Positions 19,577 to 30,120 of a DNA stretch of 54,689 nt are shown piece by piece; within the stretch, counting starts at the first letter, position 1; the number at the start of each line of letters is the position of its first letter. The notes beneath the pieces were generated by a model that saw nothing but the letters and a program-made list of their open reading frames with translations, made no database searches and was not told the DNA's origin. Source of the DNA: Acidobacteriota bacterium (GTDB lineage: Bacteria > Acidobacteriota > UBA6911 > JACQSX01 > JBPCNK01); the NCBI GenBank assembly GCA_051001345.1, contig JBPCNK010000201.1:1-54689 (forward strand), given 5' to 3'. The position numbers and the translations under genes were made by a program.

Positions 19577-21031
19577 ATGAGAAAAAACAGATTGTCCTTC
19601 AATTTTTGCTGTTCGGGACTGTGTTGGAAAGCGCTGATCATGGCCGGCCTGCTTGCGGCGGTGGCAACGGCAGAAACGGAGAACCGAGCCGCAACGCAGG
19701 AAGCAGTCAAACCCAATATCGTCTTCATTCTCGCTGATGATTTAGGACGCGCAGACGTTGGCTTCAACGGCGGCAAAGAGATCAAAACGCCGAACATTGA
19801 CCAGCTTGCAGCATCGGGAGCACGCCTCGATCAATTTTATGTGCAACCTGTTTGCACACCAACGCGCGCCGCATTGATGACCGGACGCTACCCGATGCGG
19901 CACGGGTTGCAGGTCGGTGTCGTGCGCCCCTGGGCGCAATATGGCTTGCCACTGGCGGAGCGGACTCTGCCGCAGGCATTGAAAGAAGCCGGTTATGCGA
20001 CAGCCATCATCGGCAAATGGCATTTGGGACATTTTCAGCCCGCCTACCTGCCAACCCGCCGCGGATTTGATCATCAGTATGGTCAATACAATGGCGCGAT
20101 TGATTACTTCAGCCACGAGCGCGACGGCGGACACGACTGGCATCGTGATGACAAAGCCAGTCATGACGACGGCTACAGCACGCATTTGCTGGCGCAAGAT
20201 GCTGTGAAGTTCATCCGCAATAACGGCGGCGCCAAGCCATTTTTTCTTTACGTTCCCTTCAACGCCGTACACGCGCCACACCAGGTGCCGGACAAGTACA
20301 AAGAATCCTACGTGCGTCTGCAAGAGCCACGCCGCACTTACGCCGGAATGCTCGCGGCGATGGATGAAGCGATTGGACAGCTCATTGCGGCGCTTGATGA
20401 AAAGGGTTTGCGCGAAAACACACTCATCATCTTCTCTAGTGATAACGGAGGGCCCGCGCCGGGGCGTGTGACTGACAACGGTTTGTTCCGCGCGGGCAAG
20501 GCAACGCTTTACGAGGGTGGTGTGCGCGCAGCCGCATGCGTGGCCTGGAGAGGCCGCATCCAATCGGGTACAGTCATCAACCAACCCTTGCATATGGTGG
20601 ATTGGTATCCGACTTTGCTCAAGCTCGGCGGGGCCTCGCCAAAACAGGAACTGCCGCTTGATGGCCGCGATGCGTGGGCGGCGATCGCCGCAGGCAAGAC
20701 TTCGCCGCACCAGGAAATTCTGATCAATACCACGCCGACCAATGGTGCGATTCGCATGGGGGATTGGAAGCTTGTTCTGAATGGCAGCAGAAGCAGTGGG
20801 GAGGCCGGCGAAGTTGACGGCGGCAAGGATCAGACGAAGAACGGCGATGTTTTAGAGCTTTTCAACCTCAGCGACGATCCCTATGAAAAGAAAAATTTGG
20901 CTGACCAGAATCCTGACAGAGTGAAAGAACTGCGAGCCCGTTACGACAAACTAGCGGCACAAGCCGTCCCGCCAGAGATCAAGCCCAAAGCGCCAGGTTT
21001 CAAAGTTCCCAAAGTATGGGGCGAGCAATGA
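19577..21031 (+). CDS. Arylsulfatase (formylglycine-dependent sulfatase family)
   Basis: Signal-like N-terminus. NIVFILADDLG. CTPTRAALMTGR (C-x-P-x-R formylglycine motif). GKWHLG. Confidence 0.9.
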   Translation: MRKNRLSFNFCCSGLCWKALIMAGLLAAVATAETENRAATQEAVKPNIVFILADDLGRADVGFNGGKEIKTPNIDQLAASGARLDQFYVQPVCTPTRAALMTGRYPMRHGLQVGVVRPWAQYGLPLAERTLPQALKEAGYATAIIGKWHLGHFQPAYLPTRRGFDHQYGQYNGAIDYFSHERDGGHDWHRDDKASHDDGYSTHLLAQDAVKFIRNNGGAKPFFLYVPFNAVHAPHQVPDKYKESYVRLQEPRRTYAGMLAAMDEAIGQLIAALDEKGLRENTLIIFSSDNGGPAPGRVTDNGLFRAGKATLYEGGVRAAACVAWRGRIQSGTVINQPLHMVDWYPTLLKLGGASPKQELPLDGRDAWAAIAAGKTSPHQEILINTTPTNGAIRMGDWKLVLNGSRSSGEAGEVDGGKDQTKNGDVLELFNLSDDPYEKKNLADQNPDRVKELRARYDKLAAQAVPPEIKPKAPGFKVPKVWGEQ

Positions 21032-21127
21032 GCAACCGTATGCCGTATGCCGCAGGCCGGCGACGGAGCACCAACAGAGCCGCGACCGTGAGGGAGCGGC
21101 GGCATACGGCATACGGCATACGGTTGC
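21032..21127. repeat. 96-bp palindromic element: GCAACC(GTATGCC)n - GGAGCACCAACAGAGCCGCGACCGTGAGGGAGCGG - (GGCATAC)nGGTTGC
   Basis: Starts immediately after the sulfatase stop codon. 21032-21099 is 68/68 identical to 50180-50247. Confidence 0.95.
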
Positions 21128-21158
21128 GGCTATGCCGCAGCCACCCGCGAGGCGGACA

Positions 21159-22067
21159 ATGATTGCCGGCGTCGAGCAGTTTCTGCGCTACCTCGAATAC
21201 GAACGCAACGTTTCTGCGCACACGCTGCGCAATTACAGCAGCGACCTCGATCAGTTTGTCCGGTTCTGCCAGAAGGATGATCCCGGCGGCCAGCCTCCGG
21301 CCCTCTCGGCGATTTCCCATTTGACCATCCGCGCCTTCCTGGGCGATTTGTTGCGCCGGGGAAATTCACGTTCCTCGATGGCGCGCAAGCTGGCGACGCT
21401 GCGGTCGCTGTTTCGATACCTGCGCCGGCAGCAACGGATCGACATCAATCCGGCGAGTCTGGTCAGCACGCCGCGGCAGGAAAAACGCCTGCCCGAATTT
21501 CTGTCTGTGGCCGACACCGCCATGCTGCTCGAATCGGTCCTGCCGTCGACGACGGCCGGATCGCGTGATCGGACGGTGCTGGAGTTGATCTACGCTTCGG
21601 GTTTGCGAGTGGGGGAAGCCGTGGGCCTCAATATGGAGGACGTCGACCTGTCGTCGGGGCTGGTTCGCGTGCGCGGCAAGGGAAGAAAGGAACGCATCGT
21701 TCCGTTCGGTTCGCTGGCGGCCGGAGAGCTGCGCACCTACCTGCCGCTGCGCTCGCGTCTGTTGGCCAAACGCCAGGGCCGAGTCGATTCGGCGGCGCTC
21801 TTCGTCAATTTACGCGGCAAGCGGCTGACGGCCCGGTCGGTTGAGCGAATGCTGCAAAAGGCGATCCGGCTGACGGCCATCCGGCAGAAGGTCACCCCGC
21901 ACACCTTGCGGCACAGCTTTGCGACCCATCTGCTGGGAAACGGCGCCGACTTGCGCGTGATTCAGGAACTGCTGGGTCATGTGTCGCTGTCGACTACGCA
22001 AAAGTACACGCACGTATCGATCGATCAGCTTCTGTCCGTGTACCGGAAAGCGCACCGCAAGGCATGA
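21159..22067 (+). CDS. xerC: Tyrosine recombinase XerC/XerD family
   Basis: FLRYLEYERNVSAHTLRNYSSDL. R..., HTLRHSFATHLL, LLGHVSLSTTQKYTHV (R-H-R-Y catalytic set). ATG 21159 has GAGG 6 nt upstream and is preferred over 21132, which lies inside the repeat. Confidence 0.8.
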   Translation: MIAGVEQFLRYLEYERNVSAHTLRNYSSDLDQFVRFCQKDDPGGQPPALSAISHLTIRAFLGDLLRRGNSRSSMARKLATLRSLFRYLRRQQRIDINPASLVSTPRQEKRLPEFLSVADTAMLLESVLPSTTAGSRDRTVLELIYASGLRVGEAVGLNMEDVDLSSGLVRVRGKGRKERIVPFGSLAAGELRTYLPLRSRLLAKRQGRVDSAALFVNLRGKRLTARSVERMLQKAIRLTAIRQKVTPHTLRHSFATHLLGNGADLRVIQELLGHVSLSTTQKYTHVSIDQLLSVYRKAHRKA

Positions 22068-22456
22068 ATTCGGAACGGTCTCAGGAGTTGTATCTGCGGG
22101 GCATCGATCTTTTCAACCGCGAGGAGTTCTACGACTGTCACGATGCGCTCGAAGAGATGTGGTTGGAGGAATTCACTCCCGACCGGTTGTTCTTCCAGGG
22201 ACTGATCCAGATCGCCGTCGGTTTCTACCACTTCAGCAACGCCAAGTTCGGAGCCGGCCGCAGCATGTTCCAGAAGGCTCTGGCCAAGCTGGAACCCTAT
22301 CCGGACGGCCATCGCGGCATCAACCTTGAGGAGCTCAAGGGCGAGGTGCGGCGGTGGAAGGCGCTGCTCGACCAAGCAGTCACAACCAAGAGCATCCCCC
22401 CCGCCCGTCCGTTTCCGAAGATTCGATACGTGGCGGACGGCGATGTGGGATTTTAG
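22064..22456 (+). CDS. DUF309 domain protein
   Basis: LYLRGIDLFNREEFYDCHDALEEMW...FFQGLIQIAVGFYHF is the DUF309 signature as I recall it. Confidence 0.7.
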   Translation: MNSERSQELYLRGIDLFNREEFYDCHDALEEMWLEEFTPDRLFFQGLIQIAVGFYHFSNAKFGAGRSMFQKALAKLEPYPDGHRGINLEELKGEVRRWKALLDQAVTTKSIPPARPFPKIRYVADGDVGF

Positions 22457-22461
22457 CTGGC

Positions 22462-22503
22462 GGACTGTAACATCTGAATTGATACCAACAGCATTGATCC
22501 TAG
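22462..22503. repeat. Second copy of the 42-bp unit (identical to 10595-10636)
   Basis: Exact match. Its terminal CTAG is the target duplication of the adjacent IS. Confidence 0.95.
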
Positions 22504-22647
22504 CTACTTTCCGGTGCAAAAATGAAGTTTGAAGCGCCGCCAGTTGGCACCTGCCTATTTCGTGAGATTGTGAACCGCACAAAAGTGATCAGTCGACTGT
22601 TTTTGTTCTCCGCGTGACCTTTTCGGGTCCCGCAGGAGTTTTTCTTC

Positions 22648-24066
22648 TCATCGCGCGGCCAGCACGCTGCCGATATTGATGAGATTGTCTGCGATAACTC
22701 CCAATCCCACCCAGCGCTGCATGCCTTCGGCGCCCTTATATCTGCTTCGGAACAAGCCATGTCTTCTTTTCAAGACACTGATGCGCCCTTCCGAACCCAC
22801 CCGCCAGGATCGCGCCCGGCGAAACCAGCGTTGTCTCTGATGCGCCCTGCGGGCTGGCGAGCGAGTTTGCTTGTTGGGAATGGCCACCTGCCTGACTCCC
22901 GCTGCAGTGGCCTGGGCTTCGTTTTTCGCACTGTAGAATCCCGCATCGGCGGCCACCAGATCCGGCGGTCGCTCGAATATCTCCCTGTGCGCTTCAATGG
23001 AGGGCAACAGTAAGGTCTGATCGGCGGGACGTTGCGCGTACACTTGATAATCGGTGATGATCTGACGCTCCGCCTCCTGAATCTTGACGAGCTTGCCAAA
23101 CTCGGTCGGCTTGGCCAGCTTGCCTTTGCGGATCGCTTCGGCGTCCACTTCAAAGAGGCTGAGTAATTTGCCCGGGTGATGCGTGTTGCCATCGATCACA
23201 CGCGCCTTGGTTTGCTCGAGCACTCGGCGCGTCAGCCCGCAGACTTGTTGCGCCTGCCGTGCCAGGCCCTCTGCGGCCCGCTGCCGTTTCCTATTGGCCG
23301 CCTTCCTCGTGCCGGCAGCCACTTCCTGGACAATCAATTCGGCTCCCCGGATCACTTGGCGCGTCGTGGCCATCAGCTTTCGATAGATGCGGCGCCGCCG
23401 GTTGACCATCTCCTGACCGCTACCTCGAACGGCCCGGCCCATCTCGATGAGACGATGATTGACACTGCGCATCCGATTGCGAAACTTTTTCCCCGCCGTT
23501 CCCATCTTTCTTTCGATCTTTCCCATCGTCCGCGTTATGACCCGCACACCGTCGGCCAGCAGGCTGCTATCGGTGGGATAGTGCATGTTGCTTTCCACCA
23601 CCGTCGTATCCACACGCATCCGCCGCCCAGACATCACCCTCTTCTTGCGCGCCAGCTTGACGACGCGCTTGTGGATCTTGCGGATCACTTGCGGCCCCAA
23701 CGCCTGGCCCAACCGCACCATCGTCTTGTCGTCGGGAACTTTTTCTCCTCCAATCCGCGTAAACTCCCGATACACCAGATTGGCCCGCACTTCCCCTTCC
23801 AGCGTCTGGTAGCTCCAGTTCTTCAGGTGCTTGAGCACCAGCAACCGCAAGACCACCTCCGAAGGCGTCCCGCGGCGGCCCCGCGTCCGGCTCTCCTGGC
23901 ACCGTTGTCCCAGCGCTTCGTGCACGATCTCGATGAGATCCTCATCCTCCAAAATCGTATCGACCTCGAGCATCCATTTGTCCCAGAGCAGATCGCGGGC
24001 GTCGGGGATCACGGCGCGGCTGAGCGCTTCGTAGACGGTCCGCTGTTGGTGCCGCAGCACATTCAT
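22648..24066 (-). CDS. DDE transposase (DUF772-like N-terminal domain + IS4/IS5-type DDE domain)
   Basis: 472 aa. RVDTTVVESNMHYPTDSSLL, VAADAGFYS, GSEGRISVLKRRHG (D, D, E...K/R pattern). Confidence 0.8.
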   Translation of the reverse strand: MNVLRHQQRTVYEALSRAVIPDARDLLWDKWMLEVDTILEDEDLIEIVHEALGQRCQESRTRGRRGTPSEVVLRLLVLKHLKNWSYQTLEGEVRANLVYREFTRIGGEKVPDDKTMVRLGQALGPQVIRKIHKRVVKLARKKRVMSGRRMRVDTTVVESNMHYPTDSSLLADGVRVITRTMGKIERKMGTAGKKFRNRMRSVNHRLIEMGRAVRGSGQEMVNRRRRIYRKLMATTRQVIRGAELIVQEVAAGTRKAANRKRQRAAEGLARQAQQVCGLTRRVLEQTKARVIDGNTHHPGKLLSLFEVDAEAIRKGKLAKPTEFGKLVKIQEAERQIITDYQVYAQRPADQTLLLPSIEAHREIFERPPDLVAADAGFYSAKNEAQATAAGVRQVAIPNKQTRSPARRAHQRQRWFRRARSWRVGSEGRISVLKRRHGLFRSRYKGAEGMQRWVGLGVIADNLINIGSVLAAR

Positions 24067-24398
24067 CGCCGCACCTTCGCTTTCCCGGCCGCGCGCCAGC
24101 TTTGCTGCATCTGTTTGCGGTTGAGCGCCGCCAACTCTTTGGCCGTCTCGCCGAACTCTTTCCAGGTCTGGCGTGCCCGCTGCACTTCATCGACATGTTC
24201 GACCGGTACGTACATGCCGCTGCTCTTGCCCTCCTCGGTTCGAAAGCTGACGTAGGTATGCGGACCATGTTTCTTGGTCGGATCGCTGTGGCAACCGCAC
24301 GACGGCGTCCCGCAGGTGCGCAGCGTTTGCGAAAATCCGGTCTGGATCATCCTCTCGGCCTGCTTGACCAGCTTGCGGAGTAACTGCGTTCGGTTCAT
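24063..24398 (-). CDS. Small IS-associated protein with a Cys cluster (DUF6788-like)
   Basis: 111 aa. CGTPSCGCHSDPTKKHGPHTYVSF. Stop overlaps the transposase start (ATGA). Lies inside the IS boundaries. Confidence 0.5.
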   Translation of the reverse strand: MNRTQLLRKLVKQAERMIQTGFSQTLRTCGTPSCGCHSDPTKKHGPHTYVSFRTEEGKSSGMYVPVEHVDEVQRARQTWKEFGETAKELAALNRKQMQQSWRAAGKAKVRR

Positions 24399-24679
24399 GG
24401 CTACCTAAGCCTCCAATTAGGCTTAGGTTACAATATCTCACCAACGTAGGTCAACAAAAAAAGAAACGATTCGTCATCGACTCGCCATCGCGATTGGCTT
24501 AAAATCGGCTCGAAACCGATGCATTTTGCACCGGAAAGTAGCTAGTTTCTGTCGCGAAACTTTCGCAACTGATCAGCCACCAACTTCAGAAAAACCCGAG
24601 CAACTATGCCTATACTTGAGGCGCGAAATGTCCAAACTCAAGTGACAGGCTGGAGGCCTGTCCTACCGTGGATTAAAAG

Positions 24680-27388
24680 ATGACACTCTCGGGCAGAACC
24701 AGACTGGGGCACTACGAAATCATCAGGCTGCTTGGCTCAGGCGGTATGGGCGAGGTGTATCGCGCCACCGATACGAAGCTCCATCGAGATGTCGCGCTGA
24801 AGGTCTTGCCCGAAGAGTTTTCCCGCGACGCCGATCGCATGGCGCGTCTGGAGCGCGAAGCGCAAATACTGGCATCGCTCAACCATCCCAACATCGCTGC
24901 TATCCATGGTCTCGAAGAATCCAACGGTGTGCGGGCGCTGGCGATGGAGCTGGTGGAAGGGCCGACGCTTGCCGAGCGCATCGCAGCCGGACCCATTCCA
25001 ATCGACGAAGCGCTCACCCTGGCCAAACAGATCGCCGCGGCGCTCGAATATGCTCACGACAGAGGAATCATCCACCGCGACCTCAAACCCGCCAATGTAA
25101 AGGTCACGGCAGACGGCGCCGTCAAGGTGCTGGATTTCGGTTTGGCCAAGGTGCTCGAAGACGAACGAGCGGCCGTCGACGCCACCAAATCGCCAACGTT
25201 GACTCTTGCGGCTACAGCGCGCGGAGTGATTCTGGGAACCGCCGCCTACATGCCACCGGAGCAGGCCAGGGGAAAACCGGCCGACAAACGCTCCGACATC
25301 TGGGCCTTCGGCTGCGTGCTGTATGAAATGCTGGCGGGCACACGGGCCTTTCAGGGAGAAACAGTCTCGGACATATTAGCCGCCGTGCTGCGCGCCGACA
25401 TCGACTGGCGGGCGCTGCCGGAGACCACGCCGGCGTCCGTCCACCGGCTGCTGCGCCGATGTCTGGACCGCGATCCCAAACGCCGGCTCCAGGCTGTCGG
25501 TGAGGCGCGCATCGTTCTTGAGGATCCGCTCACGGGCTGGGACACTGCGGCAATCGAAACAGCGACTGCGCCGCGGCCGCCGTGGCAGCGCAGCTTGCCT
25601 TGGGCGGTGGCTGCCACAGCCCTGGCCTTCGCTCTCCTGGCCTGGAGCCCTTGGAAGAAGCCGCCCAAGCCTGCGCTGCCCATGCGGTTGAGCGTCCAGA
25701 TGGGCGCCGACGTTCATCTGGGTTCAGCGGGAGGTGCGCGTGTAATCCTCTCGCCCGATGGCGAGCGGCTTGCATTTGTCGGGCGCGGGACCGATCAGAA
25801 GTGGAACATCTTTGTCCGCCCGCTGGACCGGTTAAACGCAACATCCCTGCCCGGCACCCAGAACGCACGCAACCTCTTTTTCTCTCCCAATGGCCAGTGG
25901 ATCGCGTTCTTCGCCGAAGGCAAGCTCAAGAAGATTTCCGTACAAGGTGAAGGGCCTGTCACGCTTTGTAATTCCGTCTACGACCTGGGCGGAAGCTGGG
26001 GCGATGACGACACGATTGTCTTTACCGTGCACAACCTAGGTGGGGTGTACAAGGTGTCTTCGACAGGAGGGACACCCGAGCCCTTGACGACGCTGGATCA
26101 GAAAGCGGGAGAAATCACGCATCGCTACCCGCATTTGCTGCCGGGCTCCAAGGCAATTATTTTCACGGCCCACAACTCGTTGGGCAACTTTGATGACGCC
26201 ATGATCGTGGCGCAGTCGCTTGAAACAGGTATACGGAAAACGGTCGTCACGGGCGGCTATTACGGCCGCTACGCGCCCAGCGGCCATCTGGTTTACATCC
26301 ACGAGGGCGCGCTGTTTGCAGTGCCGTTTGACCTGGGTCGGCTGGAGATAACCGGTCAACGTGCTCCGGTATCTGAAAATGTAGCGATCGATTCGGCTTC
26401 CGGGGCGCAGTTCGATATCTCGCAGACGGGAACTTTGGTTTATCTGCCCCACACGGTTGCAGCCGGCGTTTCCCTCCACTGGATGGATCAGGCGGGTAAG
26501 ATGACTCCCCTGCTGCCGGCCAGAGGAAACTATTTAGGTCCGCGCGTTTCACCCGATGGCAAGCGGCTGGCTGTGGTGATCGATACCGGCAGTAGCGCGG
26601 ACATATGGATCTATGAGTGGCAGCAGGACCGGCTGACGCGTCTGACGTTTGACGGAGGCAACCATGCGCCAATCTGGACTCCCGATGGCGGACGGATCGC
26701 GTTCGGCTCAGAAAAGGACGGCGCGCCGAACATCTACTGGAGGCGCGCCGACGGCGCCGGCGATGCGCAGCGTCTCACCGAAAGCAAGAATTCGCAGATC
26801 CCATACTCCTGGCACCCTGACGGAAAGATCCTGGCGTTCTTCGAAATGAATCCGAGGACTGGTGGGGACATTTGGATGCTGCCCCTAAAGGGAGACGAGC
26901 AATCCGGATGGGCGCCGGGCAAACCCGAGCTCTTCTTGGGCGGCCCAGCTGTCGAAGTGCGTCCGGTGTTTTCTCCCGACGGCCGCTGGGTGGCGTACAA
27001 TTCCAACGAATCGGGAAAATTCGAGATTTACGTCCGGCCTTTCTTTGGCCCAGGAGGCAAGCGGCAGATTTCGATGGGCGGTGGTGTGTTCCCCACATGG
27101 TCTCCAAACGGGAAGGAGCTGTTCTACCGAACAGACGATCAGCGGATCTGGGTTTGTACTTACTCAGCTTCAGAACATGCTTTCGAAGCCGGCCGGCCCC
27201 GGTTGTGGTCGCAAGGGCAGTTCACTGACCGAGGCGTTAGCCCGAATTTTGCCATCGCTCCCGACGGCAAGCGCTTTGCGGTGCTGAAGGCGCCTGACGT
27301 TGAGGGTGAGTTCGGCACCGACAAAGTCGTTTTCGTTTTGAATTTTTTCGACGAGCTGCGGCGGGTTGCACCGGTGAGGAAGAAATGA
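24680..27388 (+). CDS. Ser/Thr protein kinase fused to a TM segment and a TolB-like WD40 beta-propeller
   Basis: 902 aa. [24 protein letters not shown] and APE-like motifs. C-terminal repeats of the form SPDGKRLAF...IW. Confidence 0.85.
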   Translation: MTLSGRTRLGHYEIIRLLGSGGMGEVYRATDTKLHRDVALKVLPEEFSRDADRMARLEREAQILASLNHPNIAAIHGLEESNGVRALAMELVEGPTLAERIAAGPIPIDEALTLAKQIAAALEYAHDRGIIHRDLKPANVKVTADGAVKVLDFGLAKVLEDERAAVDATKSPTLTLAATARGVILGTAAYMPPEQARGKPADKRSDIWAFGCVLYEMLAGTRAFQGETVSDILAAVLRADIDWRALPETTPASVHRLLRRCLDRDPKRRLQAVGEARIVLEDPLTGWDTAAIETATAPRPPWQRSLPWAVAATALAFALLAWSPWKKPPKPALPMRLSVQMGADVHLGSAGGARVILSPDGERLAFVGRGTDQKWNIFVRPLDRLNATSLPGTQNARNLFFSPNGQWIAFFAEGKLKKISVQGEGPVTLCNSVYDLGGSWGDDDTIVFTVHNLGGVYKVSSTGGTPEPLTTLDQKAGEITHRYPHLLPGSKAIIFTAHNSLGNFDDAMIVAQSLETGIRKTVVTGGYYGRYAPSGHLVYIHEGALFAVPFDLGRLEITGQRAPVSENVAIDSASGAQFDISQTGTLVYLPHTVAAGVSLHWMDQAGKMTPLLPARGNYLGPRVSPDGKRLAVVIDTGSSADIWIYEWQQDRLTRLTFDGGNHAPIWTPDGGRIAFGSEKDGAPNIYWRRADGAGDAQRLTESKNSQIPYSWHPDGKILAFFEMNPRTGGDIWMLPLKGDEQSGWAPGKPELFLGGPAVEVRPVFSPDGRWVAYNSNESGKFEIYVRPFFGPGGKRQISMGGGVFPTWSPNGKELFYRTDDQRIWVCTYSASEHAFEAGRPRLWSQGQFTDRGVSPNFAIAPDGKRFAVLKAPDVEGEFGTDKVVFVLNFFDELRRVAPVRKK

Positions 27389-27474
27389 AATGGTGGCTGG
27401 GAAAGGTTCTAGTCTATGGGTCTTCGGCCCCGCACATTGCGACTTGAGCAACCCGGAAACAGCACTTGTAGGAC

Positions 27475-27508
27475 TTTCCTTGCATTCCTGCCACTGATCA
27501 CTTGCCAC
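27475..27508. repeat. Module (C)TTCCTTGCATTCCTGCCACTGATCACTTGCCAC, inverted copy at 31028-31062
   Basis: 25/25 perfect core (27484-27508 versus 31028-31052), about 33/35 when extended. Confidence 0.9.
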
Positions 27509-27547
27509 ACTTGCCACCCCTGCCACTGGGTGCGCGACTTGAACAGG

Positions 27548-27577
27548 TTGACAGGGCGGCAGGGTGGTTCGTATAAT
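27548..27577 (+). promoter_or_regulatory. Consensus sigma-70-type promoter for rplU: TTGACA-N18-TATAAT
   Basis: TTGACA 27548-27553 and TATAAT 27572-27577. AAGGAG at 27595-27600 precedes GTG 27607. Confidence 0.7.
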
Positions 27578-27606
27578 CCTTGTTTCTTTGCCTGAAGGAG
27601 TATCCC

Positions 27607-27963
27607 GTGTACGCGGTCGTTAAAACTAGTGGAAGACAGATTCGGGTGGCCCCCGGCGAAAAAGTCAGGGTGAACAGGATTGCAGGAAATGCCGGCGATA
27701 AAGTCGAGTTGGCCGACATTCTGTTGCTGCACGACGGCGACCAGTTGCAGCTGGGCGCCTCTATTCCGCAGGACGCCCGCGTCACGGCCACCATTGTCGG
27801 GCATGGACTGGGCGACAAGATCCTGGTCTTCAAGATGAAGCGCAGGAAGCATTTTCGAAAACGCAACGGTTTTCGGGCCCAGTACACCGACTTGGCCATC
27901 GACGAGATCCTGGTCGACAAGGCCGGAAAGAAAGAAAAGAAGAAGGCGGAAAAAGAAGCCTAG
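27607..27963 (+). CDS. rplU: 50S ribosomal protein L21
   Basis: VYAVVKTSGRQIRVAPGEKVRV... GTG start within track ORF 27580..27963. Lys-rich C-terminal tail. Confidence 0.9.
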   Translation: MYAVVKTSGRQIRVAPGEKVRVNRIAGNAGDKVELADILLLHDGDQLQLGASIPQDARVTATIVGHGLGDKILVFKMKRRKHFRKRNGFRAQYTDLAIDEILVDKAGKKEKKKAEKEA

Positions 27964-28052
27964 CCGAAGCCTAGCCGGGATTATTCATCAATCACCCCGG
28001 TGGTCTCAACAGAGAAAGCCACCGGCTAAAGCAGGTTTGACGGAAAAGAGAT

Positions 28053-28313
28053 ATGGCACATAAAAAAGGAGTCGGAAGTTCCAGAAACGGGCGGGACAGC
28101 AACGCTCAGCGGCTGGGCGTAAAGCGTTTCGCCGGCCAGCTTGTCTCGGGCGGATCGATTCTGGTGCGCCAGCGCGGCACGCGCTTCAAACCGGGCGTCA
28201 ACGTCGGCCGCGGCAAGGACGATACGCTGTACGCGAAAATCAGCGGCATCGTGCAGTTCCGTGACCGCGGGCGCCTCGGGCGATTCATCAGCATCGAAGC
28301 GACCCAGGAATAG
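28053..28313 (+). CDS. rpmA: 50S ribosomal protein L27
   Basis: [26 protein letters not shown]...[22 protein letters not shown]. Confidence 0.95.
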   Translation: MAHKKGVGSSRNGRDSNAQRLGVKRFAGQLVSGGSILVRQRGTRFKPGVNVGRGKDDTLYAKISGIVQFRDRGRLGRFISIEATQE

Positions 28314-28344
28314 CTCGGACCCCATCCGGAGCTTCAGCCAGCCA

Positions 28345-28380
28345 GGGCCCGTAGGGATGTTCCCTATGCGGCCCTTTTTT
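28345..28380 (+). terminator. Candidate intrinsic terminator or attenuator between rpmA and obg
   Basis: GGGCCCGTAGGG-ATGTT-CCCTATGCGGCCC imperfect stem, followed by TTTTTT. Confidence 0.5.
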
Positions 28381-28405
28381 GTGCCAACAGCGGGCTACCG
28401 CAACC

Positions 28406-29419
28406 ATGTTCGTTGATCACGCAACCATCGAAATCAAGGCCGGTGACGGTGGCGCTGGTTGCGTCGCATTCCGGCGCGAAAAGTTCGTTCCGCGCGGGGG
28501 CCCGAGCGGCGGCAACGGCGGCCGCGGCGGCGATATCCATATTGAAGCGCAGGGCCAGATCAACACGCTTCTGGACTATCGCTTCAAGCGAATCTTCAAT
28601 GCCCAGCGCGGTCATCACGGTCAGGGCAGCAATTGTCACGGCGGCGATGGCCAGGACATCGTGCTGAGGGTCCCGATCGGAACGCAGGTCTTCGAACTCG
28701 ACAGCGGCGAGCTGGTCCACGATTTTTCGCGCGACGGCGAGCGGATTCTGGTTGCGCGCGGCGGCCGGGGCGGCCGCGGCAACGCCGTCTTTGCCAATTC
28801 GGTCCAGCAGGCGCCTCGCTTTGCCGAACCGGGCGGGCCCGGCCAGGAGCGCCAACTACGCCTGGAGTTGAAGCTGCTGGCCGACGTCGGCCTGGTCGGT
28901 TATCCCAACACGGGCAAATCTACATTGATTTCCCGCATTTCCGCCGCGCGGCCCAAGATCGCCGATTATCCGTTTACGACGCTGGAGCCTCATCTGGGAG
29001 TTGTTGCAGCCTCCGAGGGTCGAAGTTTTGTCGTAGCCGATATTCCTGGCCTGATCGAAGGCGCTCACCGCGGCCAGGGCCTGGGCGACCAGTTTCTGCG
29101 ACACATCGAGCGCACACGAGTGCTGGCCCATGTCGTCGACATATCCGAGTTCAGCGGACGCGATCCGATCGATGAGTTTAAGACCATCGAACGGGAATTG
29201 CGGCTGTTCAAACCGGAACTGGCGGATAAACCCAGGATCGTCGTCGCCAACAAGATCGACATCCTGCAAGAGCAAGGCCGTCTGGAGAAGCTCAGGAAGT
29301 TCTGTCGAAAGCAAAAGATCGATCTGTTCGAGATCTCCGCAGTCAGCGGCGAGGGCGTCGAGGCGCTGCGGTACGCGCTCGAACAGATCGTCTTTTCCGC
29401 CAAGGCTGCAGCGCTTTGA
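28406..29419 (+). CDS. obg: GTPase Obg/CgtA
   Basis: [42 protein letters not shown]1 [22 protein letters not shown]. Confidence 0.95.
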   Translation: MFVDHATIEIKAGDGGAGCVAFRREKFVPRGGPSGGNGGRGGDIHIEAQGQINTLLDYRFKRIFNAQRGHHGQGSNCHGGDGQDIVLRVPIGTQVFELDSGELVHDFSRDGERILVARGGRGGRGNAVFANSVQQAPRFAEPGGPGQERQLRLELKLLADVGLVGYPNTGKSTLISRISAARPKIADYPFTTLEPHLGVVAASEGRSFVVADIPGLIEGAHRGQGLGDQFLRHIERTRVLAHVVDISEFSGRDPIDEFKTIERELRLFKPELADKPRIVVANKIDILQEQGRLEKLRKFCRKQKIDLFEISAVSGEGVEALRYALEQIVFSAKAAAL

Positions 29420-30072
29420 AAGTCGGAATTCTGGGCGGGTCATTTAACCCTCTTCATAACGCCCACCTGCACCTGGCCGCGGCAGCCCAGCGGGCGCTGG
29501 GTCTGCGGCAGGTCGTGTTTGTCGTCGCCCCGGTTCCTCCGCACAAAAACGCAGCGGATCTGACGCCGGCGCCGCACCGTTTTGCCATGGTTTGCCACGC
29601 GCTGGAGACGCACCCTGACTTCTTCGCATCGACAGTGGAACTGGAGGATCCCGACAATCCCTTCACGGTCGTGACGCTGGCCAAACTGTGCCGCATGCAG
29701 GGCTGGCAGCCGGAACAGATTTTTTTCATAGCCGGCGGCGATTCTCTGAAGTTTTTTTCGACATGGCGGGACTGGCAGGAACTTCTGGCCGGACGCTACC
29801 ATTTTGTCTTCGTCCGCCGGCCCGGGCTGGAGTTCGACCTCACGGGGTTGGGACTACCCGAAGCCATCCGCGCGCGCTTTCGGACAGCGCCGTCGCGGGA
29901 AGATCTTCCGGGTACGCATTACTGGCTCGAGCTGAACGCCCCGGACATTTCTGGCACGGTGATTCGCGCGCGCGTGGCCGCAGGCGAGGATATTTCCGAG
30001 CTCGTGCCGCCGGAAGTTGCGCGCCACATCTTCAAGTATGGGCTGTATGGAGATGATAAGATCAAGAGGTAG
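29416..30072 (+). CDS. nadD: Nicotinate-nucleotide adenylyltransferase
   Basis: [17 protein letters not shown] (the (H/T)xxH motif). ISGTVIR. TTG start overlaps the obg stop. Confidence 0.85.
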   Translation: MKVGILGGSFNPLHNAHLHLAAAAQRALGLRQVVFVVAPVPPHKNAADLTPAPHRFAMVCHALETHPDFFASTVELEDPDNPFTVVTLAKLCRMQGWQPEQIFFIAGGDSLKFFSTWRDWQELLAGRYHFVFVRRPGLEFDLTGLGLPEAIRARFRTAPSREDLPGTHYWLELNAPDISGTVIRARVAAGEDISELVPPEVARHIFKYGLYGDDKIKR

Positions 30073-30120
30073 CCGATTGGATCCGAGAAACGGCAGGCTG
30101 GACGCCCGCCCTACTGGCGA

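Larger units (their letters stand above)
22504..24541 (-). mobile_element. IS5/ISNCY-like insertion sequence (about 2038 bp) with two ORFs
   Basis: Terminal inverted repeats CTACTTTCCGGTGCAAAA(A)TG (22504-22524 / 24522-24541). CTAG direct repeats at 22500-22503 and 24542-24545 (YTAR targets are typical of IS5-group elements). Confidence 0.8.

Noticed and set aside
22545-22560. Sigma-54 promoter-like TGGCAC-N5 element, of interest because a sigma-54 activator is encoded at 4496.
   Set aside because: The -12 element is TATTT rather than TTGC(A/T), and the site lies inside the IS element. I found no convincing TGGCAC-N5-TTGC elsewhere by eye, but a proper PWM scan is needed.
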